This document shows positions 46,153 to 54,459 of a DNA stretch of 59,218 nt, piece by piece. How positions within the stretch are numbered: position 1 is the first letter of the stretch; each line of letters starts with the position of its first letter. The DNA comes from an uncultured Clostridia bacterium (GTDB taxonomy: Bacteria; Bacillota; Clostridia; Oscillospirales; CAG-272): positions 1-59,218 of the forward strand of contig CAMKAU010000004.1 in NCBI GenBank assembly GCA_946410595.1, given 5' to 3'. The notes beneath the pieces were generated by a model. It did no database searches. It saw nothing but the letters and a program-made list of their open reading frames with translations, and was not told the DNA's origin. The position numbers were made by a program, and so were the translations under genes.

Positions 46153-46176
46153 CGCGCAAAAAGAAAGGAAAACGCT

Positions 46177-48216
46177 ATGAGACGACCGGGAAAACTGTTT
46201 TCTCTCTTTCTCTCCGGCGCGCTCTTTCTCTCCGCCTGCGCCGTTTCTCCCTCCGGCCCCGACGAAACGGCGGCAACCGGCGCGGAAACGGACGCGGAAA
46301 CGGAGCCGGAGGGAACGGTCCGCTTCACGGCGCCGGAGGACTCCTCCCTCGTTTTTTCCTCCGCGGACGCGGAGGCGGCGTCTAAAATAAAACCGCTATA
46401 CGGCGCCGTTACCTTTGAAAACGGGGAGTTTTGCGCCGCCCCCGACAAAAAAGGAGACTACTCCACCCTGCTCTTTGACACCGGCGCGCTCGGCGACTTT
46501 ATCGCGGAGTGCGACTTCGCCGACCACCGGGCGGGCGCGGGGCTGATTGTCCGCGCCGACGCGGAGAAGGCGACCGGCGAGAGCGCTGATTCCTTTTGCG
46601 GTTATCTCGCCTATATCCAGACGGACGGCGTGACGGCCGCGCTCGGCGTCGTTTCCGACGGCGGCAAAAAGAAAGGCAACGTCTACGCCTCCGAAAAAGC
46701 CGTTACCAAAACGGGGACAAGCCTGCACCTGCGGGTCCTCGCCCTCGCCGACTATCTGATCTACACGGTGACCGACAACGCGACGGGCGCGGAGGTGTTC
46801 CGCTCGGAATACCGCCTGGGGGACAGCAAAAACGACGCCCTCTCCGCGACCTCCGGCCTTGTCGGGCTCCGGCTCTGCAACGACGGCGGCGCCGGCTGCG
46901 TCAAAAACGTGGAGATCCGGTCGCTGAAAACGGTCGCCGAGGCGCTCACGCTGGAAAAAGGCGCCTCCTTTACCGCCGCGCTCACGCAGGGGAAAACCGA
47001 GCGGATCACCGTTCTCTCGGAGAGCGGCGCCGGTTACGCCTTCCATCTCGACGCGGGCTCCGACACCGCGCTCGTCACGAGGGTGACCGGCTGGTCGGAA
47101 AAGTACGCGGCGCGCTATTCCCTGCCGATCGCGGAGGGAAAGGAATATCCCGTCGGCGTTACCTTCGCGGACGGGGTCTGCCGGTTCTTCTTCGCCTACG
47201 AAGACTTTCCCCTCTTTGAGGGAGCGATGACCGACAAAACGGCAACGGTCAGCGCCTCCTTCTCTTTCAGCTCAGTCCTCTCCGACGCGCCCGCCGCGCC
47301 GGAAAAAACCTACCAAAACCCCGTGACGACCGGCGCCGACCCCGTCGTTCTCTACGATAACGGTCTTTATTATCTCTATACCTGCAATTCCAAAACGGCG
47401 TACGTCCAGACCTCGCCCGATCTCGTCTCCTGGTCGGAAAAGACGGTCTGCCTGACCTTCAAGGAGCAGATCCCCTCGCTCAACCTTGCCATGTCCCCCG
47501 TCATTTTCAAGTACGACGGGATCTATTACCTCTGGTTCTGCACCAAGACCGCAAGCCAGACGGACGCGCGGACCCGCTGCGCGACCGCCACCTCCCCGAC
47601 GGGTCCCTTCACGATGAAGGGAGAAAACGTCGTCCTCAACAACGCGACGGAGATCGCCGGCTTCCCCTTCCTCGACGACGACGGAAAACTGTATCTGACG
47701 CACACCCGCTTCGGCGGCGGCAACCACGTTTACGTCCAGGAGATCAAAGCGGAAAACGGCACGCTGACCGCCGTCTCGCCCGCCAGGGCCGTGATCCACC
47801 CGGACAGCTGGTACGAGATTGACGACTACGGCAAGATCGCCGAGGGCGGTATGATCGTCAAGCATAACGGCCTCTACTATATGCTCTACGCCGCCGGCCA
47901 CTACAAGGGGCACTACGGCATCGCCTACGCCGTCGCCAAGAGCGTTTACGGCCCCTATCAGAAATCCGGGTACAACGAGATTCTCTCCTTCACGTCAAAT
48001 GCGGACGGCGTCGGCTCCAGCTGGGTCGTCCCCTCCCCGGACGGCAGCGAACTCTTCGTCGTTTACCACCGCCACACGGCTGTCGGCAACGAGGGAAAAG
48101 CCCGCAGCGTCTGCGTCGACCGGGTCGTCTTCGTCCCGGACCCGGACGGCGGGCCGGATCTGCTGCGCGTCGTCGGGCCCACCTCCACCCCGCAAAAACT
48201 CCCCTCCGGCAGCTGA
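46177..48216 (+). CDS. GH43-like lipoprotein (copy 2, tandem paralog)
   Basis: Lipobox LSAC; colinear with copy 1 with long identical blocks. Confidence 0.85.
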   Translation: MRRPGKLFSLFLSGALFLSACAVSPSGPDETAATGAETDAETEPEGTVRFTAPEDSSLVFSSADAEAASKIKPLYGAVTFENGEFCAAPDKKGDYSTLLFDTGALGDFIAECDFADHRAGAGLIVRADAEKATGESADSFCGYLAYIQTDGVTAALGVVSDGGKKKGNVYASEKAVTKTGTSLHLRVLALADYLIYTVTDNATGAEVFRSEYRLGDSKNDALSATSGLVGLRLCNDGGAGCVKNVEIRSLKTVAEALTLEKGASFTAALTQGKTERITVLSESGAGYAFHLDAGSDTALVTRVTGWSEKYAARYSLPIAEGKEYPVGVTFADGVCRFFFAYEDFPLFEGAMTDKTATVSASFSFSSVLSDAPAAPEKTYQNPVTTGADPVVLYDNGLYYLYTCNSKTAYVQTSPDLVSWSEKTVCLTFKEQIPSLNLAMSPVIFKYDGIYYLWFCTKTASQTDARTRCATATSPTGPFTMKGENVVLNNATEIAGFPFLDDDGKLYLTHTRFGGGNHVYVQEIKAENGTLTAVSPARAVIHPDSWYEIDDYGKIAEGGMIVKHNGLYYMLYAAGHYKGHYGIAYAVAKSVYGPYQKSGYNEILSFTSNADGVGSSWVVPSPDGSELFVVYHRHTAVGNEGKARSVCVDRVVFVPDPDGGPDLLRVVGPTSTPQKLPSGS

Positions 48217-48319
48217 CGGCGCGAAGCCGGAAAACCGGACAAAAGACAACTCAAAATCACGACCCGCCCCGCGCCGTTTACGGCGGAAAGCCGCGCGGCG
48301 GGGCGGCAGGAGGAACACC

Positions 48320-49540
48320 GTGGAAGAATCTAAACGTTTTGCAAAAGCGACCTGGCAGATCATGGAGCAGCTTTTGGAGGTGGAAAGTCTCGACGAGGCG
48401 CTTGCCGGCAGTCTTAACACCATCCTCCGGGAACTCAACAGCGAGATCGGCGTCATCTGGCTGCTCGACGAAAAAACAAACTCGCTCCTTCCCCTCTTCT
48501 ATTCCGGTCCGGCGGACATCTCGGGGATCAGCATCGAAAACGGCGTCGGGATCGAGGGCGCGGTCACGAAAAGCGGAAAATCCGTCATCATCGAGGACGC
48601 GGAAACCGATCCCCGCTTTGAGGGCACCGTGTTCGACGATCACGACGTGCAGACGCGCACCATGCTCTGCGTGGCGCTCAACGACCTGACAAAAACGATC
48701 GGATGCGTGCAGATCATCAACAAGCGTGATCACAGTCCCTACGACCGGGAGGAGCTGCGGCTCTGCGAGCGGATGGCATCGCTTGCCGCGATCACGATCG
48801 CGGAAAAGGGGCTCCTTGTCGGAGAGGCGGAGGAACGGGAGGTCCTGATCTCCCTGCAGAACGTCGTGAAGGAGTTTGCCGTTCCCGGGCGCGTATCGCG
48901 CATCCTCAAGGGAATCAATCTGAACATATACAAGGGCGAGTTCCTCGTCGTCCTCGGAGAGAGCGGCTGCGGAAAATCGACCATGATGAACATCATCGGC
49001 GGCATGGACTACCTCACAGACGGAAAGCTGCTTGTGGAGGGCGTCGATTATTCCCACCCGACGGACGCGGAGCTCACCCTTTACCGCCGGAATTACATCG
49101 GCTTCATCTTTCAGTCCTACAATCTGATGCCCAACCTCTCCGCGCTGGACAACGTGCGCTTCATCGCGGAGCTTTGCCGGGATCCGATGCCGCCGGAGGA
49201 AGCTCTCGCGCGCGTGGGTCTCGGCAACAAGGGCGGCAGCTTTCCGTCACAGATGAGCGGCGGACAGCAGCAGCGCGTGGCGATCGCCCGCGCGCTCGTC
49301 AAACGTCCAAAACTGATCCTCGCCGACGAGCCGACGGCGGCGCTCGACTACGAGACAAGCATCGAAGTCCTCTCCGCCATCGAAGAAGCGGTCAAAAAGG
49401 AAAACACGACCGTCGTCATGATCACGCACAATCCCGAGATCGGGAAAATGGCGGATCGCATCGTCAAGCTGAAAAACGGACGCGTCTTCAGCATCAAGCA
49501 TAACGCGGCTCCCCTCAAAGCCACGGAACTGGAGTGGTGA
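48320..49540 (+). CDS. GAF domain fused to a LolD/MacB-type ABC ATPase
   Basis: GTG 48320 with AGGAGG RBS. First ~165 aa are GAF-like (GIEGAV..SGKSVIIEDAETDPRF...IGCVQIINK); then GESGCGKS, FIFQSYNL, MSGGQQQR, ADEPT, ITHN. Confidence 0.9.
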   Translation: MEESKRFAKATWQIMEQLLEVESLDEALAGSLNTILRELNSEIGVIWLLDEKTNSLLPLFYSGPADISGISIENGVGIEGAVTKSGKSVIIEDAETDPRFEGTVFDDHDVQTRTMLCVALNDLTKTIGCVQIINKRDHSPYDREELRLCERMASLAAITIAEKGLLVGEAEEREVLISLQNVVKEFAVPGRVSRILKGINLNIYKGEFLVVLGESGCGKSTMMNIIGGMDYLTDGKLLVEGVDYSHPTDAELTLYRRNYIGFIFQSYNLMPNLSALDNVRFIAELCRDPMPPEEALARVGLGNKGGSFPSQMSGGQQQRVAIARALVKRPKLILADEPTAALDYETSIEVLSAIEEAVKKENTTVVMITHNPEIGKMADRIVKLKNGRVFSIKHNAAPLKATELEW

Positions 49541-49543
49541 GCG

Positions 49544-52500
49544 ATGACGAGAACACAGTTCAAAGACGCGCGGAAAAACGTACGGAAGCAGATCGTCTCC
49601 TTCCTTTCCATTGTCCTTGTCGTCGCGCTCGGTACGGGGATCTTTCTCGTGTGCCGCATGGGCTCGCTGTCGACCGGAAACGCGGGAAACACGTTTTATG
49701 ACAGGATCCGGTATCATGATCTGGAGATCCGCGCCACGCGGGGGATCACGCGGGAGGACGTGGAAGCGGTCAAGCGGTTCGAGGGCGTCATCGATGCGGA
49801 GGGAATCATCGCGGCGGATCTGATCGCCGAAAGCGAAACGGGGAAAAGCGCCGTCCGGGCGATCTCGCAAACGCAGCGGGAGGACGCCGTCCTTCTCGCG
49901 GACGGGCGGCTCCCCGAGCGAGCGGGCGAGTGCGCCGTCACCCCGGAGCTCGCGGCGTCGCTCGGCGTCGCGCCCGGTCAAACGATCACCGTTTCCCGGG
50001 AGAGCGGCGGCGTGACCTTCCTCAAGACCGGAACATACACCGTCACCGGGATTATGATCCACCCGGACAAGATCCGGAAAAACGAAATGTCTGTCTCCAA
50101 TCTTCTGCTCACCGTCGATTCGTTCGACACGGAGGCCATCGGCGTCCCGTTCACCGGGATCTTAGTCCGGGTAAACGCCGACAGCGACGCGTTTTCCGAC
50201 CGGTACGCCGAACAGATCGGTTCGTACCTGAACGCTCTGACGCTCTTTGGGAAGGAACGGGCTGTCCTGCGCGACGCGGAGATCCTCGCGGACGCCGAGA
50301 AGAAGATCGGGGAGGGAGAGACGACGCTGGAAACGGCCAGAGCCGAACTCGACGAAGCGAGAGAAAAAGCCGCCGATGGCGACGCGGTCCTCTTCGACGC
50401 CGAGCGGCAGCTGCAGACAGCGCGGATCACCCTTGATCTCTCAAAGCAGCAGCTTCTCTCAAGCAAAACGGAGATCGACAACGGAAAGGAAAAACTCGCC
50501 AAAGCGAAAGCGGAGCTCGAGAAAGCCAAAACAGAGCTGGACGGCGGCAGAGCGCAGCTCGACGCCGCCAAAGCCGAGCTGGAAAAAGCGGCGGCTGAAA
50601 TCGAAGAAAACGAAAAAAAGCTCAAGGAAGGCGAAAAAGAGCTTCGAAAGGGAGAACAGGAGCTTGAAGAAGCGCGGGTCAGGCTCTCGGTCGCGCAGGC
50701 CGTGATCGACGAGGCGGAACGCAGCATCGATACGAACCGCCGACTCTTCAGCGCGGTGCTGACCGATCTCTGGCCCGATCTCAAGGATCAGATCACGGAA
50801 AACCTGATCCCGATCCGAGAGCTTTCTCAAAACTTCACCCTTCAGGCGGAGGATCTGATCCGTTCGGTCGCAGAGCAAAACGGCTTTTCCGCCGCTCTGA
50901 TCGAGGCCACCCTCTCCCAGCTCGAAAAAAGCGAGACGTGGCGGCAGGTCAAGTCCCTCTACGACCGGCTCCTCGAAGGGGTCGACCAGCTCGGTAACGC
51001 CTCGGCGCAGTACGAAGAGGGGCTGGCGGAATGGGAAAAAGGCAGAGAGGAGTACGAACGGGGCGCCGCTTTGCTGGAACAGGGAAAGGCGGAATACCGC
51101 GACGGGTACGCCCTCTATCTTGCAAAGGAAAGCGAATACGCCTCCGCTTCCCTCCTCTATCAGGCCAATCTTTCCTCGTACGAAAGCGGTCTTGCCGAAT
51201 ACGAAGAGGGGCTGGCGCGATACACAGACGCCGAAAAGCAGCTTGCCGACGGTGAAAAAGAGCTGGCGGAAAAAACGAAAGAATGGGAAGAAGGAAAAGA
51301 GCAGCTTGCCGACGGCAAGGCGCTGCTCGCCGAAAAAGAGGCGGAATATGAAAAGGGCGCGGCGGAGATCGCCCGCGCGAGAGCGATTCTGTCGGACACG
51401 CAGGGCGGGAAATGGATCGTGCTGCCCCGCTCCCTGAATCTCTCCTTCCACGAAATGCAGGACACCGTCTCGATGTTCTCAAACATCGGAATCTCCTTCG
51501 CCGTGCTGTTCGTGCTGCTCGGAGCCCTTGTCTGCTATGCCACGATCGGGAAAATCATAGACGAACAGAGGCGTCTTGTCGGCGCGACAAAGGCCCTCGG
51601 CTTCAAACGTTCGGAGATCTTCTCAAAATACCTGCTCTTCGGAGGCTCCGCCTCCGCCCTCGGCGCGGTCGCGGGGATCTTGATCGCGTACTTCGTTTTG
51701 CAGCCGATCATGGTCGGTTCGATGGAGGAGTCCTTTTCCATCGGGGAGTTCCGGTTTGTATTCGAGCCGGTCCCGTCGATTCTCGCGATCCTGATCGCCG
51801 TTTCGGTCGGGATCCTTGCCACTCATACCGCCTGCGGAAAACTCCTGAAAAAACCGGCGGTCAAACTCCTGAACGGCGAAGTCAAAGGGGCAAACAACAA
51901 AGAACAGCGCCGCGAGGACGGCGTAAAAACGAAATCGCTGTACGCCGGTCTGATCTTCAAGAATATCCGGGGGGATCTCAAACGAGTGGCGATCACCGTC
52001 GCCAGCATCGCCGGATGCTGTATGCTTCTGATCATCGGCTTCTCCCTGAAATTCTCCTTCCTCGGCGTAACGGAGAACCAGTTCGGTCAGATCCTCCGTT
52101 ACAACTCGACCGTTTCCTTCCTTCCGGAGGAGAGCGGACAGGCGGAAGAAGCCATCGCCGCCGCAATCGACCGGTCGGCCGAAGCTAAGCTGCCGATGTA
52201 TGTGACAGGGACCGTGATGCGGATCGGGGATTCCTTTGAAACGGTGCAGCTTTTTTGCGCGGATCCGGACGAGCTGATCCATTTCTGCTCGCTTTACGAC
52301 GTGACAAAAAAACAAACCGCCCGGATCCCGGACGGGGGCGTTATCATCTTCAACCGTCTGGCGGAGATCTACCGTCTTTCGATCGGGGATCATCTGAGCA
52401 TCCTCGACGCCTCGGGCGCCTATCACGACGTGCCGGTCTCCGGGATCTATGACAACTACTTTGGACGTAACGTCTACCTGTCCGCGGACTACGCCAGAGA

Positions 52501-53047
52501 GCTCTTCGGCGACGCGTACGGGATCAACACCTTCGCGGTCAAGCATAAAGACGAGAACGAGTCCGCTCTCCGCGCCGATCTGCTGAAGGAGAAAAGCTTC
52601 ATCCAGCTTACCACGAAGGCTGAACTGACGGAAAAGGTAAACGTCGCTTCCCGGTCCATGAATACCGTGATCCTCGTTATGATCACGATGTCAGCCATTA
52701 TGGCGGCCGTGGTCCTGCTCAATCTTGTTAAAATCCAGATCAATCAAAAGAAGCGCGAGCTCACCGTGATGCGGATCAACGGATTCACGATCCGGGAAAC
52801 GGTCAACTATATTCTGCGAGAAAACGTGATCACCGCGTTCTTCGGGATCGTATCGGGTCTGGTGATCGGAAATGCGGCGGCGCGCTACACGCTTTCCACG
52901 GTCGAGAGGGTCGAGCTCCGGATGATCCGGCAGATCAGCGTCCCCTCCTGCCTCTTCTCCGTGCTGATCACCCTCTCCTTCGCGGCGGTCGTCAACTGGA
53001 TCGCTCTGAGATCAATCCGCCGTCTGAGTCTGACACGGCTTGACTGA
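49544..53047 (+). CDS. FtsX/MacB-like permease, two TMD repeats with long extracytoplasmic coiled coil
   Basis: 1167 aa; IDEQRRLVGATKALG and KKRELTVMRINGF FtsX motifs; E/K/A heptad-rich central region. Confidence 0.92.
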   Translation: MTRTQFKDARKNVRKQIVSFLSIVLVVALGTGIFLVCRMGSLSTGNAGNTFYDRIRYHDLEIRATRGITREDVEAVKRFEGVIDAEGIIAADLIAESETGKSAVRAISQTQREDAVLLADGRLPERAGECAVTPELAASLGVAPGQTITVSRESGGVTFLKTGTYTVTGIMIHPDKIRKNEMSVSNLLLTVDSFDTEAIGVPFTGILVRVNADSDAFSDRYAEQIGSYLNALTLFGKERAVLRDAEILADAEKKIGEGETTLETARAELDEAREKAADGDAVLFDAERQLQTARITLDLSKQQLLSSKTEIDNGKEKLAKAKAELEKAKTELDGGRAQLDAAKAELEKAAAEIEENEKKLKEGEKELRKGEQELEEARVRLSVAQAVIDEAERSIDTNRRLFSAVLTDLWPDLKDQITENLIPIRELSQNFTLQAEDLIRSVAEQNGFSAALIEATLSQLEKSETWRQVKSLYDRLLEGVDQLGNASAQYEEGLAEWEKGREEYERGAALLEQGKAEYRDGYALYLAKESEYASASLLYQANLSSYESGLAEYEEGLARYTDAEKQLADGEKELAEKTKEWEEGKEQLADGKALLAEKEAEYEKGAAEIARARAILSDTQGGKWIVLPRSLNLSFHEMQDTVSMFSNIGISFAVLFVLLGALVCYATIGKIIDEQRRLVGATKALGFKRSEIFSKYLLFGGSASALGAVAGILIAYFVLQPIMVGSMEESFSIGEFRFVFEPVPSILAILIAVSVGILATHTACGKLLKKPAVKLLNGEVKGANNKEQRREDGVKTKSLYAGLIFKNIRGDLKRVAITVASIAGCCMLLIIGFSLKFSFLGVTENQFGQILRYNSTVSFLPEESGQAEEAIAAAIDRSAEAKLPMYVTGTVMRIGDSFETVQLFCADPDELIHFCSLYDVTKKQTARIPDGGVIIFNRLAEIYRLSIGDHLSILDASGAYHDVPVSGIYDNYFGRNVYLSADYARELFGDAYGINTFAVKHKDENESALRADLLKEKSFIQLTTKAELTEKVNVASRSMNTVILVMITMSAIMAAVVLLNLVKIQINQKKRELTVMRINGFTIRETVNYILRENVITAFFGIVSGLVIGNAAARYTLSTVERVELRMIRQISVPSCLFSVLITLSFAAVVNWIALRSIRRLSLTRLD

Positions 53048-53065
53048 AAAAGTTCCGCTCCTCTC

Positions 53066-53105
53066 TCCCGCGGCGCCGGATTTTCGGCGCCGCGGGGATT
53101 TTTTT
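53066..53105 (+). terminator. Rho-independent terminator
   Basis: TCCCGCGGCGCCGGA-tt-TTCGGCGCCGCGGGG followed by ATTTTTTT. Confidence 0.85.
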
Positions 53106-53137
53106 GAGTTTTTGAAGGGTTTTTCGCCGCGGGGGAA

Positions 53138-53166
53138 TTGACTTGAAAACACACCCTTGCTATAAT
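53138..53166 (+). promoter_or_regulatory. sigmaA promoter of GMP synthase
   Basis: TTGACT-N17-TATAAT with TG extension. Confidence 0.85.
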
Positions 53167-53220
53167 AGGTGAAATAGATGATCTTTTTCCTTTATCAAAT
53201 CATACGGAGGTCAGAATACG

Positions 53221-54195
53221 ATGGAAAACAACAGAAGACCCGAATCGATGGAGCGCATCACCACCCCCGCGCTGGCAGAGGCGTTTATCGCCGAACAGAT
53301 CGCAGCGCTGAAAAAGCAGATCGGAAACGGCAAGGTCCTGCTCGCCCTCTCCGGCGGCGTGGACTCCTCGGTCGTGGCGGCCCTGCTGATCCGCGCGATC
53401 GGGCAGAATCTCGTCTGCGTACACGTCAACCACGGCCTGCTGCGCAAGGGCGAGCCGGAGCAGGTCATCCGCGTCTTCCGGGACGAACTGAACGCCAATC
53501 TGATCTACGTCGACGCCGTCGACCGGTTCCTTGACAAGCTCGCGGGCGTCGCCGATCCCGAGAAAAAACGCAAAATCATCGGCGCGGAGTTCATCCGCGT
53601 GTTTGAAGAAGAAGCAAGAAAGCTCGACGGCATCGGCTTCCTCGCGCAGGGCACCATCTACCCCGACATCCTCGAGAGCGACGGCGTCAAGGCCCACCAC
53701 AACGTGGGCGGCCTGCCGGAGGACCTCCGCTTTGAGCTGGTCGAACCGGTCAAGTTCCTCTACAAGGACGAGGTGCGCGTGGTCGGCAAAGCGCTCGGCC
53801 TGCCGGACAATATGGTCTACCGTCAGCCCTTCCCCGGTCCCGGGCTCGGCGTGCGCTGCGTCGGCGCGATCACCCGCGACCGTCTCGAGGCGCTGCGCGA
53901 GGCGGACGCCGTGGTGCGCGAGGAGATCGGCAAGCTCCCCTCCGTGCCGTGGCAGTACTTCTGCGCGATCCCCGATATCCAATCGACCGGCATCAAGGAC
54001 GGCAAACGGTATATGGGCTGGGTCGTCGTGATCCGCGCGGTCAACACCGTCGACGCCGTTACCGCGACCGTGCCGGAGATCCCCTTCTCCACCCTCTGCA
54101 CGATCCGCGACCGTATCGTCGCGACCGTCCCCGGCGTCAACCGCGTGGCGTGGGACATCTCGGAAAAACCGGTCGCCACGATCGAGTGGGAATGA
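53221..54195 (+). CDS. guaA: GMP synthase, ATP-pyrophosphatase plus C-terminal domain only (subunit B-like)
   Basis: LSGGVDSSV, DPEKKRKIIG, QGTIYPD, HHNVGGLP, RQPFPGPGL, KPVATIEWE. No N-terminal glutaminase domain. Confidence 0.93.
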   Translation: MENNRRPESMERITTPALAEAFIAEQIAALKKQIGNGKVLLALSGGVDSSVVAALLIRAIGQNLVCVHVNHGLLRKGEPEQVIRVFRDELNANLIYVDAVDRFLDKLAGVADPEKKRKIIGAEFIRVFEEEARKLDGIGFLAQGTIYPDILESDGVKAHHNVGGLPEDLRFELVEPVKFLYKDEVRVVGKALGLPDNMVYRQPFPGPGLGVRCVGAITRDRLEALREADAVVREEIGKLPSVPWQYFCAIPDIQSTGIKDGKRYMGWVVVIRAVNTVDAVTATVPEIPFSTLCTIRDRIVATVPGVNRVAWDISEKPVATIEWE

Positions 54196-54385
54196 TTTTC
54201 GCACAGCGAAAAGCAACTATGCGTTATTAACCAATGACTCACAACTGGCGAAAAACGGAAATCGGGATGAACGGAAAAAGAAATCGGCCTCGGACCCGTT
54301 TGCCCGATTCCCCGCCGGCAAGTGTTCGAACGCTTCGGGAGGGGCAGAACTCCCGCCGTCCCGCGCCGCCGGCGCCCGAAACACC

Positions 54386-54423
54386 AAAAAGTCCCCTCGC
54401 CGCGTGCGGCGAGGGGACTTTTT
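54386..54423. terminator. Bidirectional terminator
   Basis: AAAAAGTCCCCTCGCCGC-gt-GCGGCGAGGGGACTTTTT between convergent genes. Confidence 0.9.
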
Positions 54424-54459
54424 ATCTTTTCAGCCCGGCAAAACGGAGTTGAGCCGGCT

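Noticed and set aside
47999-48319. N-terminal extension of the 513-aa ORF
   Set aside because: It overlaps the GH43 gene; GTG 48320 with AGGAGG is the credible start.
50480-51380. Periodic repeats in the FtsX permease (e.g. GCAGCTTGCCGACGG twice, 63 nt apart)
   Set aside because: Ordinary coiled-coil heptad duplication in this permease type.
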